Source: a virus (Duplodnaviria > Caudoviricetes). Taken from it: a stretch of DNA of 64,000 bases. The DNA is taken from positions 1 through 64,000 of the IMG/VR virus record IMGVR_UViG_3300012942_000041, one strand, 5' to 3'. Position 1 is the stretch's first letter. Every line of letters begins with the position of its first letter. This document shows, piece after piece, positions 10,401-18,800 of the stretch. The position numbers and the translations under genes were made by a program. Under the pieces are notes generated by a model. It worked only from the letters and a program-made list of their open reading frames with translations, made no database searches and was not told where the DNA came from.

Positions 10401-10912
10401 CCGGTCTGGAACGCGACGGACACGGCGGTCGCCGACCAGGTGTAGGCGGCGGTCGCCTGCGTGGTCCAGCTCAGGCCGTCCACCGAGGTTGCCGCAGCCC
10501 ACGTCCCGCCGGTTTCCGAGAGTCGCCACCACCGGTGCTGGTGCGGATCGTAGGACGGCAGCGTCGCGGCGAGCGTCCACGTCCCGCCGGTTTGCACGTA
10601 GAGCTGGAGGCTCGTGCCGGTGAGCTGGAGCTGCACCGCGTTGCCGGTGATGCCCGTGACCTTCATGTACGTGGTGATCTGCCCCGCGCCGTACCCGGGT
10701 GGGGTGATCTGCGCGGACAGGGCGGACCCGGTCGCGTCCCACGGGCCGCCCGCGCCGAGCGTGACGTAGGCGCCTGCGGTGGTGGCGACGGGGATCACCG
10801 CGAGGTCGTTGACGGTGTCGACGGTGACCGTGCCGCCCGACACCTGGTTCCACACCGCCGTGTTCAGCGAGGAGCCGGTGAAGGCGTCCTGCAACGCGGA
10901 GAGCTTCGCCAC
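7493..10912 (-). CDS. Large minor tail (tip) protein with LamG/ConA-like and CBM-like domains
   Basis: Follows the tape measure; YRLDD..WHLLTF LamG-like motifs and NLL..QVDGWQVE CBM-like motif. Confidence 0.85.
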   Translation of the reverse strand: MAKLSALQDAFTGSSLNTAVWNQVSGGTVTVDTVNDLAVIPVATTAGAYVTLGAGGPWDATGSALSAQITPPGYGAGQITTYMKVTGITGNAVQLQLTGTSLQLYVQTGGTWTLAATLPSYDPHQHRWWRLSETGGTWAAATSVDGLSWTTQATAAYTWSATAVSVAFQTGTVVAQTAGLVATVAHVNTTAGGPANPNWPVMEVGWGARWWANGGDSPLDRYVDIAPRTRGTTAVARGRQYELDQPQSGTLDLTLDNRDSALDPTNTAGPWAGHIQPYQPVRVRAQWPPTRNLLTQVQATAGDLGGQPLGTINTGNNGPSIFSDLDVSGGQFVTSSTAWQGSTVMQFAVPITSPNGNNSVVWTPQVDVLPGTAVTQQIRARNITASTSLPVAAYIAWLDATGARIGSIQSGAAATLTGAATAWTTLTVTATAPANAAVMDVGLYRTATPAAACTIQVDGWQVEHASTASAWCCPGVWYPVYAGYVERWPSSWQLSGTWGQITPTCVDALSLLSQVQLSDPLTESLTAHQPRFLYRLDDPDGSASAADQTGNNGPAPLSTAKLGAGSWSFGTDITAADPANGVFTGSSGTVATIANPSPAADLYAPATYLSLYQAGIHGPTGGFGGTWTRAIAIRYTEPTPTSGNSAVFWTAMDNAKGYGSFFQWCVNDGGRVEVALGGPSGLNTGFEFGSTSVMDKNWHLLTFGYSASKNELTASIDGQCAFWGGVNTATLPTAINADSVGAWIDPSTGNDAAWNYQGDLAFVTEWPSYLSSSDIAELYAAWRNACAGESSGARYQRILRYAGYTGPQNVQTGSTTNMGPASDLAGTDALSALQAVVTTENGEHFADASGTMTFRARTARYNALTPTYVFGERADLGEWPYEACELDYDSTHLANVVAVTQTSTGQVFAAQDTSSQNLYFPRSMARSINSGDPSECQDAANYLLGRYRDPATRVSSLTLHPSAYPQMWPVCLSLELGMRVRVMRRSAASTAQVDCFVENLAWSFTDAGEATLTLQCSPVDLSPYVPFASFHTTLRAAVSAGATTVTINPGQDTANPAAAQIGAGQQLVLGQGTANAETVTVKNVAATASGWSSCVLTLTAATTKAHAVGDVVCEPLPAGITNPAVWDAGTQFDNCVFAY

Positions 10913-10920
10913 CGGGCCTC

Positions 10921-13506
10921 CTAGCGCTTGTACGGCTGGTAGGTGGTGGACCGGCGGGCGCCCTTGCGGAGCATCCCCTGCTCCACCACATCCACGAGCT
11001 GCCGCTCCGTCAGCACATGGCCCTGCACGGTGATGTTCACGACCGGCGCCAGAGCCCCGCCGCCCGCGCTCGCGCCGGCGGACGGGACCACGGCGGACGC
11101 GCCTGCCGGGCCGGCGCCCCAGGCGACCTGACCGCCGAGGATCCCCACCGCCTCCGCCGCGACCGCACGCGCCTGACCCCGCTTCGACCCCGACAGGGGG
11201 ATGTACGCCTCCGGCCCGGCCTCACCCCACAGGATCGGGTGATCCGTGAATCCCGCAGGCCTGTTGAGCAGCCCGTAGGCGGCCTTCCGCATACCGGGGA
11301 CGTGGATGCCGCCTTGCGCGTAGCTGTAGCCGTTCGTCGACGTGTACGTGCCGGAGCTGGAGACGGTGCCTTCGTTGACGCCCCGGTAGTAGATCGTCAC
11401 CGTCTTGCCTTTGATCCCCGAGATGGCCTTCTCCGCCGCCTTCACCTGCGCGCTGAGCTGGGAGATGTCGGCCTTCAGCACGGCCTTCTTCGACGACGGC
11501 GCGCCCTTGAGCTGCGCGGAGGCGGTCTTGATCTGGGCCTGCCACTGGGAGATCTGCGCGGTGAGGATCGCGACTTTCTTCGACGGCGCCGACACCAACT
11601 CGGTCTTCGCCGTCGCGATGCCCATCTGCCACTTCGAGATGTCCGCCGTCAGCTTGGCCTGCTTACTCATCGGAGCCGTCTTCAGCTCCTTTTGAGCCTC
11701 CGCCACCTTCTTCTGCAGGTCCGAGATGTCGCCCTCGATCTTCAACTTCGAGGGAACCTTCTCAAGAGCGGCCTGCCACTGGTCGACCTTCTTCGACGCC
11801 GCGTCCAAGTTCTTGTCCACGGACGTCTTGAACCCGTCGAAGTCCTTCGCGGCGGTCTTCAGCTTCCCGCCCAGCCCCGGCACCCACCCGAATGCCTTAG
11901 CCGCGGCGTCGAGCATCCCGCCGACGAACGTCATGAACGTGTCGTTGACGACCTTGATTGCCGGGATGGCGACCTTCACCAGGTCCAGGAACCCGTCGGC
12001 CGACTCCGAGCCGATCAACTCCACGGCCTTCCGGAACGTCTCCGAGTGCTCCCACAGCTCATACACCGCAACCGACATCGCGGTGACGCCCATCACGAAC
12101 GCCCCGACCGGGTTGGCGTCGAGGACGACATCGAGAGCGGTCTGCGCCAGCGTCCACGCCTTGATTCCGGTCACGACATACGGCAGGACCGTGGCGATGT
12201 CCTCCAGGACCGGCGCCGGGATTTTCGAAATCCCGTCCGCCATGATCCCGAACACCTTGAACTCGGACGCGGTGAACCCGCCCATGCTCGTCCCGAGATG
12301 CCCCGCCGCGTCGGCGATCTTCTTCAAATCGTCGGCGATCCCCGGCCCGTTCGACTTCATCTGCTGCATGAAGTCCTTGAAGCTGCTCGAACTGCCGAGC
12401 TGCTGGCCCCACTTCTCAAACTTGCCCGTGATCTTGTCCAGGCCGGCAGTGATCTGCGGCGTGTACGGCAGGAACGCGTCCACGATCCCGCCGATGCCGG
12501 TCGCGACGTTCTTCGCCGCAGTCAGCAGATGCGCAAGGTCCGTGCCCGCGAACTTCTGCACGTCCTGCCCGAGCTTGGAGAACGTCGCGCCGGCGCCGCC
12601 GTCGCCGAGGTGGTCGAGGAAGTCCTTGAACACCCCCGACGCGGTCTTCACCAGCCCGGACGTCTTCGGCAGCAGCCCGTCGAGCTTGTCCAGCGCCTCG
12701 GTGAACACCGGCATGGTGCTGCCCGCGAGCCTGTCGGACCACGACTGGTAGTCCGTCTTGAGCTTGAGGAACGCCAAGGCGGTCTGCTGCGTCGCCGGGG
12801 GCAGCCCGGCGAGCTGCTGCTTGTACGCCGCCGTCGCATCCGCCGACGCCCGCGCGGCGGTCTTCGCCGCCGACAGGGCAGCCGTATAGTCCTTCCCGCC
12901 CTTGGACGCGAGGGCCTGCGCCTCCGCCTGCTTCCTGGTCGCGGTCTCCTGCGCGGTGACGGCCTTCGTCGCCGCATCCGACGCCGCACTGATCCCGGTG
13001 AACTGCGCCTTCGCCGCCAGCCCGAACACACCCACCGACACACCAGCCGCAGCCACCGCCGCCGCGAGACCACCAGCCGCCTGACCGGCGCCGGCCATGC
13101 CCGCGGCGACGGCCTGGAGCGCCGGGTTGGACGCGACCGCAATCAACCCGCTGTTGATCTTGTCGAGTTGGGACTTGAGGGCATTGTTCTTGTCGACGAT
13201 GAACCTGATCCGCGCCGTGCGGGTCTTCGCGAGCTCGTCCGCCTCAGCCTTGACCTTGTCCCACGACGCGCCATCAGCCTCCGCCCGAACGGGCACGGTG
13301 GCCTTCATCCGCTTCGCGTCGGCCTCGACCTTGTCCATCACCGCCTTCGCCGGGCCGGCGTCGGCGGTGACGGCGATCCGCGCGTCGAGGCGGCCGACAC
13401 TCGCAGCGAACTCACGGATCCGCGCCTTCGCCGAGTCCAGGGCACGGGCGAGGGACTCGTCCCGGCCGGTGATCTCCACGATCATCGGCGGCAGGTAGTC
13501 AGCCAC
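10921..13506 (-). CDS. Tape measure protein
   Basis: 861 aa, Ala/Lys/Gly-rich helical; ANP..LWEHSETFR and GEAGPEAYIPL motifs. Confidence 0.9.
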   Translation of the reverse strand: MADYLPPMIVEITGRDESLARALDSAKARIREFAASVGRLDARIAVTADAGPAKAVMDKVEADAKRMKATVPVRAEADGASWDKVKAEADELAKTRTARIRFIVDKNNALKSQLDKINSGLIAVASNPALQAVAAGMAGAGQAAGGLAAAVAAAGVSVGVFGLAAKAQFTGISAASDAATKAVTAQETATRKQAEAQALASKGGKDYTAALSAAKTAARASADATAAYKQQLAGLPPATQQTALAFLKLKTDYQSWSDRLAGSTMPVFTEALDKLDGLLPKTSGLVKTASGVFKDFLDHLGDGGAGATFSKLGQDVQKFAGTDLAHLLTAAKNVATGIGGIVDAFLPYTPQITAGLDKITGKFEKWGQQLGSSSSFKDFMQQMKSNGPGIADDLKKIADAAGHLGTSMGGFTASEFKVFGIMADGISKIPAPVLEDIATVLPYVVTGIKAWTLAQTALDVVLDANPVGAFVMGVTAMSVAVYELWEHSETFRKAVELIGSESADGFLDLVKVAIPAIKVVNDTFMTFVGGMLDAAAKAFGWVPGLGGKLKTAAKDFDGFKTSVDKNLDAASKKVDQWQAALEKVPSKLKIEGDISDLQKKVAEAQKELKTAPMSKQAKLTADISKWQMGIATAKTELVSAPSKKVAILTAQISQWQAQIKTASAQLKGAPSSKKAVLKADISQLSAQVKAAEKAISGIKGKTVTIYYRGVNEGTVSSSGTYTSTNGYSYAQGGIHVPGMRKAAYGLLNRPAGFTDHPILWGEAGPEAYIPLSGSKRGQARAVAAEAVGILGGQVAWGAGPAGASAVVPSAGASAGGGALAPVVNITVQGHVLTERQLVDVVEQGMLRKGARRSTTYQPYKR

Positions 13507-13516
13507 ACCAACCCCC

Positions 13517-13960
13517 TTACAGGGCGGATCGCCAGGCGTCCGCGAACGTGCGACTGATACGGCCCCGCACCAGTCGGTAGGCGGGCCGCAGGTAAGGGCG
13601 CGGTGGGAGACGGGTGCGGTGCCCGGCGCCGGTGACCCCGCCGAGCTCCTGGATCCGCGCGTACACGGCGGTCGGCCCCAGCCGGCCAGTCACGGAGCCG
13701 CCCGAGTCGATCGGGCCGGTAGGGGACAGCGACCCGAGGAGATGCCCCGTCACCCGCGATGGCGGCGCGCCCGGAGGTGACGGCGTCGGGGTGCCCGGCG
13801 GGTGGGAGGTGAGTGACAGCAGCACCTGAGTCTGCTCGTGGACCTGGCCCATCGCGGTCGTCACAGCCCGCCGCGTCGCCTGGTGCACGCGCCGCTTGAC
13901 CTGGTCGAGGGCAGCGGCGAGGTCGTCGGCGCCGGTCACCTGGAGGTTGATGTCGCCCAC
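13517..13960 (-). CDS. HK97 gp10-like tail completion protein
   Basis: TGHLLGS..VYARIQELGG..RPYLRPA. Confidence 0.8.
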   Translation of the reverse strand: MGDINLQVTGADDLAAALDQVKRRVHQATRRAVTTAMGQVHEQTQVLLSLTSHPPGTPTPSPPGAPPSRVTGHLLGSLSPTGPIDSGGSVTGRLGPTAVYARIQELGGVTGAGHRTRLPPRPYLRPAYRLVRGRISRTFADAWRSAL

Positions 13961-13964
13961 CGGG

Positions 13965-14203
13965 TCACCTCCGGCTGGCCTCGGCGAGATTCGCGCGGGC
14001 CTCTTCCAAGGCACGGGCATACACCGGCAACTGCTGCATGATCCACGCCGGTTGCGCGTCCACCTGCTCCGGGGTCCAGTGGTAGCGCTCAGCGAACCAC
14101 CCGTACCGCCACGCCATGTCCTCCAGTGGCGTGCGCGGGTGCGGGCCGGGGATGGGCCTACCTTCCAGGGCGGCTACGACCCGGCGGTAGGCCCGGTAGG
14201 GGA
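13965..14203 (-). CDS. Tail assembly chaperone C-terminal frame (T), probably reached by a -1 frameshift
   Basis: Open frame overlapping the end of G; FAERYHWTPEQVD motif typical of T segments. Confidence 0.65.
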
Positions 14204-14557
14204 CGCCGGATCGGCGACGGCGGCGGCGTGCTCGTCGGGGGTGGCGGGGTCGACGGGGGCGGGGAAGATCCGGGCGATCGCGGGCTCGACGAGCTCGCAC
14301 AGCCGGTTGTAGTCCTCGATCTCCAGCATCCGCAGCACCCCCGCATCCACCTGCGGCAGCGGCAGCGGGGTGGGGAGCTGCCAGTTGGTGACGAGGGCGG
14401 TGATCAGGGCGTTGCGGACCGCGCGGAACCGGACGGCGCCGCTGCTGTCGTCGGGCAGCGAGTCCATGACGTCCATGGCGTCCCCGGCCCGCAGCTCGCT
14501 CGGGTCACGGAGTTCCGCCCAGGAGCCGGGAGAAGCGAGTGCGTGACGCTCAGACAT
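14174..14557 (-). CDS. Tail assembly chaperone (G)
   Basis: Between the tail tube and tape measure genes; ends ..DPASPTGPTAGS. Confidence 0.75.
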   Translation of the reverse strand: MSERHALASPGSWAELRDPSELRAGDAMDVMDSLPDDSSGAVRFRAVRNALITALVTNWQLPTPLPLPQVDAGVLRMLEIEDYNRLCELVEPAIARIFPAPVDPATPDEHAAAVADPASPTGPTAGS

Positions 14558-14639
14558 GAGAGTCGTCCTTCCGGGAGGGCTGGAGGGCTGGTGCTGTCCC
14601 GGGCGCCCTCCAACGACCCGGGACAGCAGACAGAGAGGC

Positions 14640-15890
14640 TCAGAACGAGCCGGGGGGGATGGAGCAGGTGATGGACACCTTGATCGGCGACATGCCGCCG
14701 GAGCCGCCGGCGTTGGTGGTGTTGAAGACGGCCTCGAACGACGTCTGGTAGGCCACCGCGGCGTTGCCCGTGTCTGGCGCCGAGGCGGTGAAGGCGCACT
14801 GCTGCATGTCGATCTGCACCGTGATCGCCGCCGCGCCCGCCAGGCCGTTGCTGGTGACGATCTGCACGGACGGCTGGGTGTTGTTGAGCATGTACAGCAG
14901 CGCCGACTCGTCCGAGACGGCACCGAAGTTGAGCTTGCCGGCGACGGACAGGCCGCCGCGCTGGATGATGTACGGCGTCTGCACCCCGGTCGTGGTGAAG
15001 ACGTTCTGGAGCTCGCGGGTCAGGTCGACTTCGCCGTCGGTGACGGTTTGGACGAGGGTGCCGCCGCTCGCGGGGCCGCCGATGCCGATCTTGGTGCGCC
15101 ACGACGCCACCGGCAGCACCGTGCTGGGGTTAGCGGTCGGCGCCACGCTCGCCGGGACTGACGGCCACGACGTGCCCTGCCCCGTCCACGCCAGCAGATC
15201 CGATTCCGCGTTGAAGGTGAAGTTGCACTGCGACAGGCAGAACCCGGGGTAGGCGCGGGCACCGACGCTCGCGGTCGGCCCGAGGGCGTGCGTCAGGGTG
15301 TGCGACACCGGCTGCCCGCCACCGCTGTTGAGCAGCGACCAGGCGTAGGTGAACGGGCCCGTGCCCTGCACCGGCGTCACCGCCTGCGCGGAGGCGTGCG
15401 CGAATGCCAGGCCGCCGGCCGGGGTGGTGAGGGGGATCGTGTACGGGCCCGACCCGGACGGCGTGCCGGTCGTGAACACCTCGCTGGTGGCGCCGGTGCC
15501 GATCTGCACCATCGTGCCCGCCGGGATGGTGGCGGCGGTGCTGATGCTCGTCGCACCCGCCGCCGCCGCGCTCGACAGCGTGGTCGCACCGGTGCCCGTC
15601 GGAGTGCCGGTGACAGAGAGGTCGCCGAGGATGTTCCGCAGCCACCAGCCCATCGTGTCCCCGTACACCGGCCCGCCCAGCGACACCGAGGCGGTGGCGA
15701 CGCCCTGGATCTGCGCGAAGCTGTCGGTGCCCATGCTGCCGCGCCAGCTCTGGTCCTTGAGGAACGTCGGCTGGTCAGCGGGCGTGAACGAGGAGAGGAG
15801 CTGTGTCGCGGTCATCGCCACAGGCGTGCCCTGCGACACCTCCTGCGCGATGCCGACGAACTGCTTACTGGACGCGTAGGTCGCAACCAC
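14640..15890 (-). CDS. Major tail (tube) protein with an inserted beta domain
   Basis: FVGIAQEVSQGTPV N-terminus; position upstream of the chaperone. Confidence 0.85.
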   Translation of the reverse strand: MVATYASSKQFVGIAQEVSQGTPVAMTATQLLSSFTPADQPTFLKDQSWRGSMGTDSFAQIQGVATASVSLGGPVYGDTMGWWLRNILGDLSVTGTPTGTGATTLSSAAAAGATSISTAATIPAGTMVQIGTGATSEVFTTGTPSGSGPYTIPLTTPAGGLAFAHASAQAVTPVQGTGPFTYAWSLLNSGGGQPVSHTLTHALGPTASVGARAYPGFCLSQCNFTFNAESDLLAWTGQGTSWPSVPASVAPTANPSTVLPVASWRTKIGIGGPASGGTLVQTVTDGEVDLTRELQNVFTTTGVQTPYIIQRGGLSVAGKLNFGAVSDESALLYMLNNTQPSVQIVTSNGLAGAAAITVQIDMQQCAFTASAPDTGNAAVAYQTSFEAVFNTTNAGGSGGMSPIKVSITCSIPPGSF

Positions 15891-15893
15891 GCT

Positions 15894-16154
15894 TCACCCC
15901 TCCACACTGACGGCCGCGTTGTCGGGGCCCTGGTTCGGCTTCTTCCTGCTAGTGGCCCAACGCCCGTCTGCCGGGGCGCCGTCGGGCCACGCGAACACCG
16001 TCGCCGGACCGTCCTCCGTCGCGGGCCGGGCGGTGAGGGGGACATGCAGGTACACGGTCGGAACCGCACCCACGTACTCGAACACCCCACCCGCCTCCGG
16101 CTCCGGGGCGTCGGCCGGCGCAGCGGGTTCGGGCGGGGCCGTCTTGCTCGGCAT
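15894..16154 (-). CDS. Small virion-associated protein
   Basis: ORF between the tail terminator and tail tube genes. Confidence 0.6.
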   Translation of the reverse strand: MPSKTAPPEPAAPADAPEPEAGGVFEYVGAVPTVYLHVPLTARPATEDGPATVFAWPDGAPADGRWATSRKKPNQGPDNAAVSVEG

Positions 16155-16166
16155 CCTCAGGTCTCC

Positions 16167-16700
16167 TCAGGCTTGGACGATCTCGACAGCGGTGAAACTG
16201 ACCTGCAAGAACGACTTCGTCAGCTCGTCCTTCGTCTCCGGCTGGCCGTAGTCGACGTCGATCGAGCCCGTGCCGCCGTCCACGTGCTCCCCCGCCTCGA
16301 ATACCGCGCCGCCGAGCGTGCGGTCCTGCCGCATCCAGTCGACGATCGCGTCCTCCAGGGCGAAAACGTCGTCCTGCGCGTCCTCCGCGTGCTTGCTCCG
16401 CGAGCGGATGAAGCAGCACAACTGAACGTCGTACAAGACGGTCTTGTGGCCGCCGTGCGCGCCACCGAGCGCCAGCCGCGACTCAGAACGGCGCGGGATG
16501 AACACGACGATCTGGCAGCCGGTGCGGGACCCGGGAGCCTGGCCGACGAAGTAGTCGGCGTGATCATCCCTCTTCGCCCAGGCCCGTCGCACGACCCCGA
16601 CCATGGGGATGGGAGAGGCCCGGTAGGTGCGGGTCGCATCGTCATACGGGCCGCCGAAGTACCGGCAAATCCCGTCGATCACATCAGCCGTACCCACCAC
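16167..16700 (-). CDS. Tail terminator / tail completion protein
   Basis: Position; IVDWMRQDRTLGG motif. Confidence 0.65.
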   Translation of the reverse strand: MVGTADVIDGICRYFGGPYDDATRTYRASPIPMVGVVRRAWAKRDDHADYFVGQAPGSRTGCQIVVFIPRRSESRLALGGAHGGHKTVLYDVQLCCFIRSRSKHAEDAQDDVFALEDAIVDWMRQDRTLGGAVFEAGEHVDGGTGSIDVDYGQPETKDELTKSFLQVSFTAVEIVQA

Positions 16701-16790
16701 GCACCCCCTGGAGTTCAGTCGAAGCGCGGGACGTACACGACCAGGTGTGCCACCATGCCCACACACCACCTACACACCCGGGGGGACGCC

Positions 16791-17354
16791 GTGGCCACGC
16801 CCTACTACGGCAACCAGCAACCGCAACCACACCAAGTGCCCTACGGGCAGCAACCGCCCGCCGACCAGGCGCCCGGACCGCTGACGGTGCGGGGCCACAA
16901 CGGCACCGTGATCTTCGACGGGCAGTGGGTCACCATCGCCCGCACCGGGTTCCTCGCCCGCGCCAGCGTCGGCAAAGGCGAGAAACGCCTGCACATCTCG
17001 CAGATCACCGCCGTCCAGGTGAAACCGGCCGGCCCGGTGATGAACGGGTTCATCCAGTTCACCGTCCCCGGCGGCGTCGAAGTCCGCTCCCAACGCGGCA
17101 GCCAAACCCGCACCGCCGCCCACGACGAAAACAGCGTGATCTTCACCTACCAGCAGCGCGCCGTGTTCGAGCAGCTCCGGCAGGCCATCGAGCAAGGCAT
17201 CGCCGCCGCCCACATGCCCCAGCAGGCCTACGCCCCGCCGCCTCAGGCGCCGTCACCGACCGAGGAGATCGGTCGACTCCACCAGCTCCTCCAAGCCGGC
17301 GCCCTGACCGAGGCGGAGTTCCAGCACGCCAAGAACCGGATCCTCGGGCTCTAA
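16791..17354 (+). CDS. DUF4429 (PH-like) + SHOCT protein, inverted within the morphogenesis operon
   Basis: GHNGTVIFDGQWVTI..NGFIQF..DENSVIF; C-terminal EIGRLHQLLQAGALTEAEFQHAKNRIL SHOCT motif. Confidence 0.85.
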   Translation: MATPYYGNQQPQPHQVPYGQQPPADQAPGPLTVRGHNGTVIFDGQWVTIARTGFLARASVGKGEKRLHISQITAVQVKPAGPVMNGFIQFTVPGGVEVRSQRGSQTRTAAHDENSVIFTYQQRAVFEQLRQAIEQGIAAAHMPQQAYAPPPQAPSPTEEIGRLHQLLQAGALTEAEFQHAKNRILGL

Positions 17355-18220
17355 CGAACCCGCCGGTACGGCGCGAGCAGCCTCTGCGCCTCCGCGACCA
17401 GACCGGACCCGTCACGGCGCGGGTCCGTCTGCCGCGTCCCCGACGCCAGGCTCGTATCCGGGTAAGCGTCCTCGCTGGCGGTGTCCGGCCGCATCAACTG
17501 CGAAATCGCGTAGTTGATGACCGCGAGCCGCATCTCCGCAGGCATGCCCGACAACCCCGCGCCCGCACCGTGCTCCGACCCGAGCGGGACGGCCAGCGGA
17601 ACGACTGGTCCGGCCGTGTAGGTGCCGGCGACGGTGACGCACTCCTCGACGCCGGGCTCCCACAGCCGCAGCACCGAGCCCGGCAGGATCCCCGCCGGGT
17701 CCACCACCGTGATCGAGCCGGCCCCGGACGACACGGGCTCGGCGAGCGCCGTGGACACCCACCCGGCGGTGTACGTCGCCGTCACGAACAACTCCCCGCC
17801 CGCCGCGGGGGCACCGAACTGCAGGCTCCCCGACCACGGGCCACCAGCAGCCAGCGGCACCATGATCTGCCGGGCGTCCTCGATCCACGCCCCGGACAGA
17901 TCCCCAAGCGACGTCATCGCCGTCGGCGTCCACCCGTATGCGAACCCCGTGAGGGCGAGGACGGGGTTGTGGTCGGCGTGGAGGCTGACCATGCCGAACC
18001 GGTCACAGCGGGCCCTCGTGCGCTGCACCATCTCGTGCGCGCCGAGCGGCTGATTGCACCAGCCGTCCGCCCACGCCGACGCCATCAGCAGCACGTTCGA
18101 CAGCTCATCCGTCTGCGCCGCCGGATCCGTGACACCGGACCGGAGATCGTCCAGGTCGAGATAGGTGGGGTGCGCCTGGAACTCCGCAGTGGTCACGTAG
18201 GGGGCCGTGGGCACGGGCAC
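17351..18220 (-). CDS. Head-to-tail adaptor with an inserted beta domain
   Basis: PYVTTAEF..ASAWADGWC..LLAPYRR gp6-like pattern. Confidence 0.75.
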   Translation of the reverse strand: MPVPTAPYVTTAEFQAHPTYLDLDDLRSGVTDPAAQTDELSNVLLMASAWADGWCNQPLGAHEMVQRTRARCDRFGMVSLHADHNPVLALTGFAYGWTPTAMTSLGDLSGAWIEDARQIMVPLAAGGPWSGSLQFGAPAAGGELFVTATYTAGWVSTALAEPVSSGAGSITVVDPAGILPGSVLRLWEPGVEECVTVAGTYTAGPVVPLAVPLGSEHGAGAGLSGMPAEMRLAVINYAISQLMRPDTASEDAYPDTSLASGTRQTDPRRDGSGLVAEAQRLLAPYRRVR

Positions 18221-18241
18221 ACCTCCAACTCGACGCTCAGA

Positions 18242-18451
18242 TCAGCGGGTCCAGGAACCGTGCTCGCAGCCGACAGCGGGAGACCCTTCCGGCCAGCCAG
18301 CGGGGAAGCACATCGGGCACGGGACCTCGACGCCTGGAGCTTCGGCCTTGCCGCGCGGGGCGCCGTCCTCGGCCTCGGCCTGGTCGATGTGGTCCTCGGT
18401 CGGCTTCTCAACGGCCTCGGGCGGGTGGGTGGTGCGCTTACGAGGCGGCAC
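18242..18451 (-). CDS. Small Cys-containing protein
   Basis: CPMC..CEHG; in the operon. Confidence 0.6.
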   Translation of the reverse strand: MPPRKRTTHPPEAVEKPTEDHIDQAEAEDGAPRGKAEAPGVEVPCPMCFPAGWPEGSPAVGCEHGSWTR

Positions 18452-18454
18452 GGG

Positions 18455-18724
18455 CTACTCCTTCTCGCAGGTGCCGCCGCAGCGGCCACAGGTCTTGATG
18501 AACGCGGCGAACCCGCAAGCGGTGCAACGCCAGCCGCCGCGGGTCCGGCCGCCGAGGTTCGCGGGAAACGCGCCCATCTCCCGCAGAGCCCGCGCATGCC
18601 GCGGGTTGTCGACGGTGACGGTGCCGTCCCGCCCCGGGGTGTAGGAGCCGAGGCGGGCGCCGGTACGGGCGCCCTCGATGTCCACGCCGCGAACGGCTCC
18701 GTCAGGCAGGCACATCCGCGCCAT
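18455..18724 (-). CDS. Small zinc-ribbon protein downstream of the capsid gene
   Basis: CTACG..CGRCG. Confidence 0.65.
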   Translation of the reverse strand: MARMCLPDGAVRGVDIEGARTGARLGSYTPGRDGTVTVDNPRHARALREMGAFPANLGGRTRGGWRCTACGFAAFIKTCGRCGGTCEKE

Positions 18725-18800
18725 ATCGAAGCTCCTTCCAAGAGGGGCACACGGGCAGGGGCCCGCGCCCAGAACATGAGCGCGGGCCCCCGAGGGGCTG

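Noticed and set aside
6947-10912. Diversity-generating retroelement acting on tail genes
   Set aside because: No reverse transcriptase and no template/variable repeat pair seen in the window
11400-11760. ~29-aa repeats in the tape measure C-terminus as a separate element
   Set aside because: Ordinary helical repeats within a tape measure protein
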